33,878 bases of DNA. Origin: Octopus bimaculoides (lineage: Eukaryota). Under the pieces are notes generated by a model. The model did no database searches. It saw only the letters and a program-made list of their open reading frames with translations, and was not told where the DNA came from. Position 1 is the stretch's first letter; each line of letters begins with the position of its first letter. Below, one piece after another: positions 21,257-32,302 of this stretch. The stretch spans positions 8,620,989-8,654,866 of the forward strand of contig NC_069001.1 in assembly GCF_001194135.2 (NCBI RefSeq). Direction: 5' to 3'. The translations under genes were made by a program, and so were the position numbers.

Positions 21257-21778
21257 GAGCAACTACTGCATAGCATTATGTTCGATACTTCACCGAAGTA
21301 TACCCCTTTCTTTACTTGGGACAGTTGAGTTTCAGTCGCAGAAGATTTAGCTACTATATCTATCAGTGGGATTATCGACACAGAGGCTCTCTTGCTGGCT
21401 AGTATATTTAAGTGCATATCATGTAATGTAATGTAATATCTCCTGCTTTTTCCTAAGGTGCTAAGATGAGGATTGAAGGGCAATTTGGTTGTTATTTCGA
21501 GTAGGATGGGTTGCCACGACGTAACGCCCCATAATCTCACGCAGTGTTGGTTTGTTTCGGAAGAAAACATGTTGGGGACAGGTCGATTGTGGCGTGAAAT
21601 AAGTGTGAAGATAAAGATAGTGTGTTTTTCTTATCAACGGCTCTTTGTTGACACTCTTCATTGCATCAATAATAAATGATAGATAGATCTTTAACCCAGC
21701 TTACTTATTCTATTGAATACATGAATATTTGAATATATATTTTATAAGTATAAAAATGTGAGTCTGAGTCTATGCCTC

Positions 21779-21809
<31 letters not shown>

Positions 21810-22366
21810 CCTTGACTGTATCCGCGAGTGTCTGAATCCGTGTATGTGTGGCAATATGCCTAATAATTCTTTACATGTGTGTACCTGTTTCGTGCCTGTT
21901 TTCAAGCGCCCTCACCGTGTGGTTGAGAGGTCGATCGATGCGAGATGAAGTAGTTGATCTTATCTTAACGCATCTTCCGTACTTATTCGTTTTAGCGTGA
22001 ATTTTTAACCCTCCCTTTCGATTTATATATTTTGGACATCAGATTCAGAATTTACAAAAAGATGGAGGGAGGGGCTGGGTTTAACATCATTTTAACAGTT
22101 TAAAAAGTATTTTAAAATATAATATACTAAGGAACTTCAGTTCAATACATTTATATATTTATAAATTTCAATCTAAATATATTCATATATTAATTTTTAA
22201 ATATTTGCTAAAAGAAATAATTCAAAGTTGCCAGTAGTACGGATTTGAACAACATAAACAAATACAGGTATATCAAATACTATACAACATAAATTCTTGA
22301 TTTATTATAATTATCTCCGCCTCTAGAGGGTCGTTCATAATTACCATACCGTAATCAAGGGCTAGT

Positions 22367-22752
22367 GATCGACCCCAGTACCCAACTGGTACTTAATTTA
22401 TCGACCCCGAAAGGATAAAAAGCAAAGTCGACCTCGGTGGAATTTGAACTCAGAACGTAAAGACAGACGAAATACCCCTAAGCATTTCGCCCGGCGTGCT
22501 AACGTTTCTACCAGCTCGCTGCCTTATATTCATTTTATTGAGGTGTTTCTGCCATCTCGCCGCGTTAGGTGATAAGATATTCATTTCTTCTCTAGGCACA
22601 AGGCCCGAAATTTTGGGGGAGGGGGCCAATCGATTAGATCGACTCCAGTATTAAGTGGTACTTAATTTATCGACCCCGAAAGTCAACCTCGGCGGAATTT
22701 GAACTCAGAACGTAAAGGCAGACAAAATACCGCTAAGCAACTCGCCGCCTTA
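22367..22752 (-). mobile_element. Two tandem family C SINEs (22367-22526 and 22587-22752)
   Basis: Both cores visible; both followed by similar flank (ccttatat...tttattgaggtgtttct). Confidence 0.85.
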
Positions 22753-23915
22753 TATCTATTTATTGAGGTGTTTCTAATATCGTAAATAGCATTTCATGTT
22801 TGAGTGGCTTTTGTCATTGTGTTTGTGATTTTGTTTTGACTAAAGATAAATGATTTGTTTGTGTGACTTGGTGAGACTGCTAAAGATATTAAAGACTTAT
22901 TTATATATTTCATTAGGGGACCTATGATTATTCTTAATTATAAGTCTTTGAATGTATTTGTTTGTAAGACTGTGTGTATGGGGGTGAGGTATGTCGTGGT
23001 CAGGGATTGGTTTTAACTAGTGTATTAAACATAGGGTTTTGATTGGTTGCTTATAGCACAGAGTGTGATTGGAGACATTTTCATTTTTGTTTTGGTCAGT
23101 AAAAGAAGTTCTTTATAACGCAGAGGTTTAGTGTTGCTTGTTGATAATTTCAGCAAAACTAATTAAAGACTTTTGCTTGTTTAATTCATTGGAGAGCTTC
23201 TGTTATTTGAAGAAGGTCCTTACGTTGGTTCATTGATGGTTGTGTGCATGTGTATTTGTGTATGTATGTAAGTGTGTGAGCTCTGATAAGACTTTGTTAT
23301 GGTTCATTACCTTTCTAATTCTGTGTATTTTAGCAGATGCTTTTTCTTACTTTGTATTTGCATATGCATAAATATTGTGTACTGTGTGCTTAATTGGGCC
23401 AGATATTTGTGGTTCGATATTCGGAAGTGAATTTTTTTCTTTTAATGTGTGAGAAATTGGTGGTTGTCTTATTCTACTTGAAGTTCGAGCCATTTTTAAA
23501 GATGAACTTATTTTGGTGTCTGCTGCATGAGATATGCTCATTCTTCTTATTTAATGAGTTCGCGTGTGTGTGTCTTGTGTGATTAAATTGCATTTTTCTG
23601 TGATACATAGGGAAAAGTTCCAGAACCATTGATATACGATAGCTGCTCAACAAAATGCAAAACGAATTTTGGAAACATACATTACACACTGCAGTCACTA
23701 AACAACAACATACTGAGGAATACAGAACACTTACTTATAGGTTCGCTATTTATATTATAAATGTATATTTGTCGAACCAAAAGTTGCAGAACATAAGTAC
23801 TGGGCACACATTGTCTAGTGATGTCAGCATAATAACAGATGGTGACATAAACAAACACACACATACATACAAATACATACACGTACTCACTCACGTATGA
23901 ATAGACAAGCACACA

Positions 23916-23949
<34 letters not shown>

Positions 23950-23974
23950 TATTTACATACATTTTCTTATCGAT

Positions 23975-24030
23975 CAGGCTTCCATACAGTTTCCATCTAC
24001 CAGCATCACTTGCAAAGCAATGGAGAATGG
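23975..24030 (-). mobile_element. Family B SINE 3' fragment
   Basis: ggcttcc...cagtttcc.tctacc...tcac.tgcaaagc resembles the family B tail. Confidence 0.5.
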
Positions 24031-24182
24031 GACTATACCAGAAGTCAGGTAGCTGCTACGGAAAACCTGTTAACCACATAAACATACCGGCTTGTAAATA
24101 TCTATGTAAAGGTGTATGTTTGAGGGTGTGCGCGCGTGCGTGTATGGTTGTGGTGTGCGTGCATGCATATAGGCGTATGTAA

Positions 24183-24185
<3 letters not shown>

Positions 24186-24279
<94 letters not shown>

Positions 24280-24416
24280 GACAGACAGATAAACAAACAG
24301 ATAGGCAGGCAGACGATCAGACATATAGGCAGGAAGGCAGACGGTCAGACAGACAGACGAATATACAGACAGACGGACGGACGGACGGACATACAGATAA
24401 ACAGACAGAGAGAGAC

Positions 24417-24448
<32 letters not shown>

Positions 24449-24475
24449 TGACAGGCAGACAGACAGACAGACACA
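24186..24475. repeat. Compound (GACA)/(GATA)/(GA) microsatellite; representative of many CA, TA, GA, GATA, TACA and GAT tracts across the window
   Basis: Direct reading. Confidence 0.95.
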
Positions 24476-24554
24476 TACATACGTGCATACATACGTGTAG
24501 ATTTAGATATATAGTTGTGTAAAACAGATTCATAAACACGCATAAATGCACATC

Positions 24555-24592
<38 letters not shown>

Positions 24593-25168
24593 NNNNNNNN
24601 NNNNNNNNNNNNNNNNNNNNNNNNNNNNNNNNNNNNNNNNNNNNNNNNNNNNNNNNNNNNNNNNNNNNNNNNNNNNNNNNNNNNNNNNNNNNNNNNNNNN
24701 NNNNNNNNNNNNNNNNNNNNNNNNNNNNNNNNNNNNNNNNNNNNNNNNNNNNNNNNNNNNNNNNNNNNNNNNNNNNNNNNNNNNNNNNNNNNNNNNNNNN
24801 NNNNNNNNNNNNNNNNNNNNNNNNNNNNNNNNNNNNNNNNNNNNNNNNNNNNNNNNNNNNNNNNNNNNNNNNNNNNNNNNNNNNNNNNNNNNNNNNNNNN
24901 NNNNNNNNNNNNNNNNNNNNNNNNNNNNNNNNNNNNNNNNNNNNNNNNNNNNNNNNNNNNNNNNNNNNNNNNNNNNNNNNNNNNNNNNNNNNNNNNNNNN
25001 NNNNNNNNNNNNNNNNNNNNNNNNNNNNNNNNNNNNNNNNNNNNNNNNNNNNNNNNNNNNNNNNNNNNNNNNNNNNNNNNNNTATATATATATATTTATG
25101 TATATATATATATATGTATATATATATATTTATGTATATATATATACACATAGATGTATGTATGTATG

Positions 25169-25212
<44 letters not shown>

Positions 25213-25416
25213 CGTGCGTGCGTGCACCTGTGAGTACGTCAGGGTGCGTGTGTGTACATATGTAGTTGTATGTGTTTGTGTGACTGTGCGTGTGCGCGCT
25301 AGTGCGTACCAACACCCCCCACACACAGAACATATACACACTTATATCGATTGATTTCTCTTATCCTATACAAATGTTAACGACGTGACTCTGTGTGTAC
25401 ATATGTGTGTGAGTCA

Positions 25417-25471
<55 letters not shown>

Positions 25472-26230
25472 ATTTCGTGCTTGTATGTATGTTTGTGTGT
25501 ATGTATCAACTTACGATGTGTGTGCGCTTATGCATAGTTACACGTATCTGTCCGCATCTCTGTTGCTGGCATTGCGTGGCCACATGTACGTACATATGTA
25601 TATATATATAAATGAGTGTATAAATATGTATGTATGAGAGCCAGAGTAGGCATTGTTCATAAGTAAAATAATGATGCCGTATCTATAAACACAGCCCACA
25701 TACACGTACACACACACACACACACACATACACACACACATAAACTCTCACAGGTGTATACATATCATGAGCATGCGTGTATACGCAGGTGCGTGTGTTA
25801 GTAGATATAACATGTGAATATGTATGCGCGTGTGCATGCCTGCATGTGTATATGTTTCTATGTATGTATATGCGCGAATACTTTCAATACAACTCGGTGA
25901 GGTTCGATTAGAAGCGCGGAGTCAGTCCAGGATTTATTTACACATCTGGAAGTCTTGTCGGGAGATGTACGTGTTGACAGACAATTAATTGGACTCGGCA
26001 GGGGTTGTTACTGCGTTAAACGATTCGCAAAAAAGCAAAAAAAAAAAAAAAGCCTAAGATGACGGGTAAACGACAAGGCAACAGGAGTCAAATGTCATCG
26101 AAAAAAAAGACGGATGAGAAGAAGTCGAAATCCTACGAAATATTTGCAAAGTTTGTGGGTAAGTCTTAAAAGGGAAACTTATATCTGTCGTCCCTTGAAA
26201 AAATAACAAAAAAACACACGCACACACATA

Positions 26231-26405
26231 CATAGTGGCCCCAAAGTAGGTTTACAGTTATTCAGTTATCTCTTTTGCATTCATATATTAACAGCTCCTT
26301 TTTCAGATTGTAAGATAGAAATTTAAATGTAATAAAATTTAAATGTTTTAAAAGAAATTTAAAGTGCCTACGTGATAACTGTAAAACTCCTTTTGGGCCA
26401 CCCTG
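26231..26405. mobile_element. Tc1/mariner MITE
   Basis: ~30-bp imperfect TIRs (c...gtggcc.caaagtaggtttacagttat / ataactgtaaa...ttttgggccaccctg), TA on the left. Confidence 0.8.
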
Positions 26406-26465
26406 TGTATATATATATTTTTTTTTTGGCCACCTTGTACATATATATATAAATTTTGGGTCACC

Positions 26466-26517
<52 letters not shown>

Positions 26518-26527
26518 GTATGTGTAT

Positions 26528-26702
26528 GAATTTTCAATGACCGGATAATTGAAGAGATGTGGACGTGGGTTCCCACCCCGGCATCCGAAACTCGGAGTTT
26601 TATCATGGCTACCGAATAAGTGTCACATATTTTTACAGATAAATTGCTCTATGTACATAATATCGAGGTCTCTTTCTTTCTTTTGTTGTCCTTTCTACCA
26701 AT
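26528..26702 (+). mobile_element. Second copy of the hammerhead element, without the inverted arm
   Basis: Direct similarity to 16997-17173; flanked by (TA)/(TATG) tracts. Confidence 0.7.
26538..26611 (+). ncRNA. Second copy of the same hammerhead, with core variant UUGAAGA (C3U)
   Basis: Near-identical to 17009-17082; differences in outer stem I, C3 and stem II; predicted site after 26599. Confidence 0.6.
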
Positions 26703-26711
26703 ATATATATA

Positions 26712-26921
26712 CAGGGTGGCCCAGAGGTAGGTCTACAGTTATCCAACTATCTCTTTCGCATTTATATATTAACGGCTTAGATCTTAATTATAAAAAAAAA
26801 GCATGAAATCATTATTCTATGCTAATTTGGTTAATTTTGTCAAGCTCCTTTTTCAGTTTGTGAGATAGGAATTTTAAAGTGCCTACGTGATAACTGTAAA
26901 CCTACTTTTGGGGCCACCCCT
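26712..26921. mobile_element. Tc1/mariner MITE, same family
   Basis: ta|cagggtggcccagaggtaggtctacagttat ... ataactgtaaacctacttttggggccaccc..|ta; internal sequence shared with 26231-26405. Confidence 0.85.
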
Positions 26922-27026
26922 TATATAACTTACTGTTAATAAAAGCCAGTGTGCGTTGCGTTCCGTTACTTTAGTGAAAAGATATATAGTAAATACACAA
27001 ACCTAAATAACGTATAATTTATATCT

Positions 27027-27160
27027 AGTGTACAAGCAGACGGAAGACAGACACAAGAGTTCCTAATTCTTCATCAGTTATCAACCAGATGGCATTACTC
27101 AGTTTCACACCATGAAGGATTAGGGACCTTCTGTGTCTGTCTTCCGTCTGTTTGCGCACT
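27027..27160. repeat. Imperfect fold-back element
   Basis: Outer arms 27027-27055 / 27132-27160 (26/29, 19-bp perfect core); inner pairing ttcctaattcttcat / atgaaggattaggga. Confidence 0.8.
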
Positions 27161-27267
27161 CAATATATGCTATTCGTTTATGTCTTTGCTAGATATTTTT
27201 TCACTTATTTTACACACTCATACATACACACTCACACACACATACGTATGTGTCTTTTATATTCTTT

Positions 27268-27460
27268 GCTTGTTTCAGTTATATGACTGGGGATGTGCTG
27301 GGGACACCGATATGTCAAAGGCTTCCGTTTTAGTCAAGCAAATTGATCCCAGTATTTATTGTTTTTTTTTAATGCTTATTTCTTATTCTATCGATCACTT
27401 TTGCTAAACTTCCAGTAACAAGGACATAAATAAATCAACACCGGTTGTCAAGCGGTGACG
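27268..27460 (-). mobile_element. SINE-like family D, diverged copy
   Basis: Reverse match to 5190-5334. Confidence 0.7.
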
Positions 27461-27576
27461 AAGGCAGGAACAAACTCGAAGACACACACAAACACACACA
27501 TATACACATACGCACGCACACACATATGTATGTATGTATGTATGTATGTATGTTTGTATGTATGTATGCATGCATG

Positions 27577-27610
<34 letters not shown>

Positions 27611-27690
27611 TGTATGTACGTGTGCATGTATACATGTATGATGTATGCATGTATGTATGAATGTTTACATTTATGTATGTACGTATGTAT

Positions 27691-27853
27691 GTACGACGGG
27701 CTTCCACACAGTTTTTCACAGCCAAATTCATTCACAAGCCTTTTGACGGGGCCGGACCTATATCAGAAGAAACTTGACTAATGCACCGCGCAGCGGGACT
27801 GAACCCGAAACCACATGATTTCAAAGCAAATTTCTTAACCACACAGCCACGCC
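27691..27853 (-). mobile_element. SINE family B
   Basis: Head and tail match 16163-16342. Confidence 0.85.
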
Positions 27854-28280
27854 TATGTATACACCCAAACATTGTACTGTTTGTTTGTATGTGTGTGCGT
27901 GTAGCAAGCGGATATCTTGCTGTGCAGCGCGATCTTCAAGCTGGGGGTTCGATACGTGAACAAGATGTTAAGTTTAGTTCGCTTCACATAGCCCCAGTCT
28001 GCTCGGCTGACACGAGTTCAAGCTGAATAACTATTGTACCAGTTGTTGTGTCTTGGCGGTTTCATTCAGGGAAAAGTTTCAGAGGCCAAGGTTGTTTCTA
28101 TTTGTTCACGCTGACATGTCATCCTTTTTCTTTTGCCGAATGACGATGTAAATATACATATAACAATATTGTGGTAAGAAGCTTGCTTCCCAACCACATG
28201 GTTCTTTGTTCAGTCCCTATGTATATATGTATGTATGTATAAACGTCACGAAAGTGAGCAAGGGCACTAATGAGTACCAT

Positions 28281-28342
<62 letters not shown>

Positions 28343-28439
28343 TGCATGCATGTGTGTATGTATGTATATATGTATATATAAATATGGATATATAAACATG
28401 TGTATATATATACACACATATATATGTGTGTATATACGC

Positions 28440-28675
28440 AGAGGAGAAGCACAGTGAGGGAGGCAGAAGAATTGATGCAGGAGGGGGAGACTGTGTCGAT
28501 GAGTGTGGAGCTGAAGATGAATGAAATTAAGATGAAATATCTGGCAGAGGACATTAAGAAACCAGAGAATATTATGAATGTAGGCGGGAAGCCACTTGGT
28601 TGCGGACTTCCTCTGCTTGGGAGCAAAGATTGGGAACACAGAGGATGGTACAGTTGAGAAGAAGAGCCTTCCCCG
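28440..28675 (+). pseudogene. RTE-like reverse transcriptase relic (after the catalytic motif)
   Basis: EAEELMQEGETVSMSVELKMNEIKMKY..., then after a frameshift VADFLCLGAKI, resembling EAQxLL...VGLKMNxKKTKY and VxDFKYLGSxI. Confidence 0.6.
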
Positions 28676-28748
28676 ATAACTTACTAGCTAATCCTCCTAC
28701 ATCCTCCCCAACTCCATCTTCCAATTGAACTTCTTCAATGTATTTATA

Positions 28749-29142
28749 TGTGTGTGTTGTGTGTCGGCACTCCGTCGCTTACGACGTCGAGGGTTCCAGT
28801 TGATCCGATCAACGGAACAGCCTGCTCGTGAAATTAACGTGCAAGTGGCTGAGCACTCCACAGACACGTGTACCCTTAACGTAGTTCTCGGGGATATTCA
28901 GCGTGACACAGTGTGACAAGGATGACCCTTTGAATTACAGGCACAACAGAAACAGGAAGTAAGAGTGAGAGAAAGTTGTGGTGAAAGAGTACAGTAGGGT
29001 TCGCCACCACCCCCTGCCGGAGCCTCGTGGAGCTTTGGGTGTTTTCGCTCAATAAACACTCACAACGCCCGGTCTAGGAATCGAAACAGCGATCCCATGA
29101 CCGCGAGTCCGCTGCTCTAACCACTGGGCCATTGCGCCTCCA
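28749..29142 (-). mobile_element. Full-length SINE family A1
   Basis: Perfect 13-bp TSD caatgtatttata at 28736-28748 and 29143-29155. Confidence 0.93.
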
Positions 29143-29200
29143 CAATGTATTTATAACATATGCTTTTTTAAGCATTTTTTTATGTATTTCCTTTACTTTA

Positions 29201-29243
29201 CGATCTCGCCGAGGTCGACATTGCCTTTTATCCTTTCGGGGTC
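29201..29243 (+). mobile_element. Family C core fragment
   Basis: gccgaggtcgacattgccttttatcctttcggggtc. Confidence 0.65.
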
Positions 29244-29268
29244 TTTTCGTCATCAGCATGCAAAACTA

Positions 29269-29464
29269 CGAAGGTGTGCTGAACAGTTCCTGGTTTTAAA
29301 GATATCGTGGGCTCTTTTGCAGGGTTTATAAAAACTGAAGGATTGCTGCAATAAGTGTGTGAATCTGAGATGGGAATATGTTGAATAAAATAAAATCACA
29401 GTTAACTGTTCCTCCTATTTTTCTTTTTTTACCCAAAGCGAGGAACTTTTCACTACCCCTCTCA
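29269..29464 (+). mobile_element. Mariner internal-deletion relic
   Basis: TA-flanked imperfect TIRs (cgaaggtgtgctgaacagttcct / aggaacttttcactacccctctca); internal GL*KLKDCCNKCVNLRWEYVE* resembles the mariner C-terminus RWxKCVxxxGxYVE*. Confidence 0.75.
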
Positions 29465-30120
29465 TATACCAGCACCCCATCATACATGAAAATATGAAAA
29501 ACTTGAAGTGGTTGAAAGAAATTTAAGGGGGACCCTGTATGTGCGAGCATTATAACGAATACAGAACACATTCTCATTTATTAGTACAAATCTCTTACGG
29601 ATAATACATATGAAACAAGTGACTAATAAAATATCGAATCGATGAATAATAGATTAATAGAGAAATAATCAACATGGTGAGTTTATACAATTGCACAGCG
29701 TACATGCGGTTTCACGCACCTACACACACATACACACACGAACATATAAATATATATATATATATATANNNNNNNNNNNNNNNNNNNNNNNNNNNNNNNN
29801 NNNNNNNNNNNNNNNNNNNNNNNNNNNNNNNNNNNNNNNNNNNNNNNNNNNNNNNNNNNNNNNNNNNNNNNNNNNNGGCGCATTCACTCGAGGCGTATTA
29901 CAGACAATTAAATTCAAATCCTATTTGTAAATCTAAAAAAAAAAAAATGCTTTTGACTTAGTTTCATTTCATGATATGCTAAACAATTTCATTTCTATAC
30001 AGCTTTGTTGTACAGAAAATATTGAGTAGAATTGTTCTTGACGGGCTTAGCCAACATGCTGTGATATCCTTCTATCTCTAGCCTCGGTGAAGTTTTCACG
30101 CTGCGCGTGGAACCAGTCCC

Positions 30121-30610
30121 ATTGTTCTTTTAGCTCGTTAGTTACATGAAAATCCATGGAGCGGAGATACAAATCTATCATTGTTTCGTTGACCTCACGA
30201 AGGTTTTTGATTCAATAAACCATGGTCTGCTATTAATTTGCTTGGCTCTCCGTCGGTTACGACGACGAGGGTACTAGCTGATCCGATTAACGGAACAGTC
30301 TGCTCGTGAAATTATCGTGCAAGTGGCTGACCACTCCACAGACACGTGTACCCTAAAAGTAGTTTCTCAGGGAGATTCAGCATGATACAGAATGTGACAG
30401 GGCTGGCCCTTTAAAATACAAATACAACTCATTTTTGCCAGCTGAGTGGACTCGAGCAACATGAAATAAAATGTCTTGCCGAAGGACACAATGCATCGCT
30501 AGAAATCGAACTCATAACTTTACAATTGTAAACCGAATGTCCTAACCACTAAGCCACGCGCTATGAACGTCTCAGAAAATTTGGCTCTCCTCATAAACGT
30601 GTAATTTTAA
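30121..30610 (+). pseudogene. RTE reverse transcriptase relic split by a SINE
   Basis: FVDLTKVFDSINHGL at 30185-30229, resuming ERLRKFGSPHKRVILI at 30565; matches FVDLTKAFDS...LRKFGCP. Confidence 0.8.
30242..30559 (-). mobile_element. SINE family A2 inserted in the RT relic
   Basis: Reverse match to 2846-3136; possible 5-bp TSD gctat (30229-30233 / 30560-30564). Confidence 0.85.
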
Positions 30611-30911
30611 TTTCTTTTGTTTTTATTTAGAATAAAAATTATAAGCCTAGAAATTTTAAGAGTAGCTTCATTCTTCATAAAGCTCTATATGCAGTTGCTC
30701 TCGACGTTTTGTGGGGCGTTCATTCTTCAAAGTTCCGACTGTGTTTGGAGTTAGTAGTGCAAAGGCACAGCCTCGACAGAACACTGCCGACTATTGCTGT
30801 TGTTGTTGTTTAGCTCCAGACTAGCACTGATTAAACAAGCTTATGACTAAAAGTTATGACCACCACGCTTTAAATCAAACATTGTCGTATCTTGAACACA
30901 TGATTGCAGTT

Positions 30912-31136
30912 TAGGCGAATTGGCAGAATCTTTAGACGAAATACTTTGTGGCATTTTTTCAAACTCCTTGTGTTCTGCGCTCAAATCCTATCAAGGTTAA
31001 CTTTGCCTTCCATCTTTCCAGAGTCGGTAAACAAAGTACTAGTTTAGATTGGTACATTGGTTGAATCGTTAGACGTTGGACGGAATGTCTTGCAGCATCG
31101 CTTCCAGCTCTTTGCCTTCTGAATTCGAACTCCACC
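30912..31136 (+). mobile_element. Old family C SINE (30912-31045) plus a second head-like fragment
   Basis: Diverged head and aactttgccttccatctttcc core. Confidence 0.6.
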
Positions 31137-32020
31137 CTGGGCCTATATGGGTGGAGGAAAGGTGGACTTAGTCCGTCACTCAGAATCAAAAGTCCTGCTA
31201 GTTCTTAGATACTTCTAAAGGAATCTACTCCGTTAAAAGCACCTGGGCCAAATTTCCGGTTTGAGGATAGCGTCTCCTCTTCCTACCTCGTACCCCAGCA
31301 GTCACGGAGGCCCTTAAGAAATAATGATCATGGGCACTGCTCTTCTCTCCCTGAATAAGCTGTAAAAGATTTATAGAATATGGCCTTGGTGTCTAGACTA
31401 GAGTCTATTTGATTTACATAAAATCAGATAGATTTACATAAAATGTTTAACTGCAATGTAGAAACCACTGTTTGATAGAGCCATTATTACTAAGCGTTTA
31501 TGTAAATCAACAGTGGATGCAGAGAATCGTCTCAGCAGTATCTTACCGGCAAAAGATGACTGTTGATTGTAAGTAAGACAGTGCAGATAGTTGAAATGAG
31601 AGCTCAGTGGTGGTTGCACTGATATAAATCGGAGACGCTTCCTCGGTGGTGGCTTTCATGACACAGAACGGCGATATTTGTAATGACACAGGTGACTTGT
31701 GGTTGTAACGAAATATTGTTTACTGCAGTGATTTCCTACATGAGCTATACGCCGCAAGAGCGGGGCGTGGGAAAATTGTGCATGAGCGTATGATCCAATT
31801 TTTTGTTTGTTTTTCTTTAGTGGGACATAGAGTTGTGAAAATCGTTTATTTTTTGTTTTTATTTATTATTTTTTTCACGGTAAACATACTACACTTATAA
31901 TCAGCCGAGACAGACCAATCCCTCCAGTTAAATAATCATATTGTGTGAAGACTGATTGCTACAGTATAGCGCTGTTCAAATGCCCTAGTGTGGATATATA
32001 TTTAGGAAAGTATTTAGTTA

Positions 32021-32140
32021 TGGAGGCGCGTGGCTTAATGGTTAAGCTGTTGGATTCACGACCGTAAGATTGTGATTTCGATCTCTGGACCGAGCTAAGC
32101 GTTGTGTTTTGGAGCAAAACATTTCATTTCACGTTTCTCC
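32021..32140 (+). mobile_element. A2-type SINE 5' part
   Basis: tggaggcgcgtggcttaatggttaag head and gttgtgttttggagcaaaaca body. Confidence 0.75.
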
Positions 32141-32259
32141 AGGCAAGATACTGCGGTTTTTGTCAGTTCAGGATAAATCCATTATTGACATGGTGTGTTA
32201 AAAACAATATGTATCGTGGGGAGACCAAAAATATATCGTTTCGGAAGCCGTGAGTGAGA

Positions 32260-32302
32260 ACGCCACACGTATTTCGGCCTTTTTAGGTCTTGTCAATGAC
32301 GT
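32260..32302 (-). ncRNA. Decayed hammerhead motif (probably inactive)
   Basis: Minus strand ACGUCA UUGACAA GACCU-aaaa-AGGCC GAA AUACGU G UGGCGU: 6-bp stem I and stem II 4/5, but core UUGACAA and G at the cleavage position. Confidence 0.4.

Noticed and set aside
23356-23373. Octamer / palindromic POU-like site atttgcatatgcataaat
   Set aside because: A single short motif in AT-rich DNA, expected by chance.
27279-27352. Apparent exon (ttgtttcag|TTATATGAC...)
   Set aside because: It is the reverse strand of the family D repeat, and in phase with the 26158 donor it stops after two codons.
28400-28657. 85-aa ORF as a host gene
   Set aside because: Better explained as a frameshifted RTE reverse transcriptase relic.
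29225-29260. Minus-strand CUGAUGA...GAAA
   Set aside because: No stem II; the GAAA belongs to the SINE core.
119-29961. ORFs made of HT, CV, YI, LS, ER or MYVC repeats
   Set aside because: Translations of di- and tetranucleotide microsatellites.
31411-31444. 14-bp direct repeat gatttacataaaat
   Set aside because: Short local duplication with no supporting structure.
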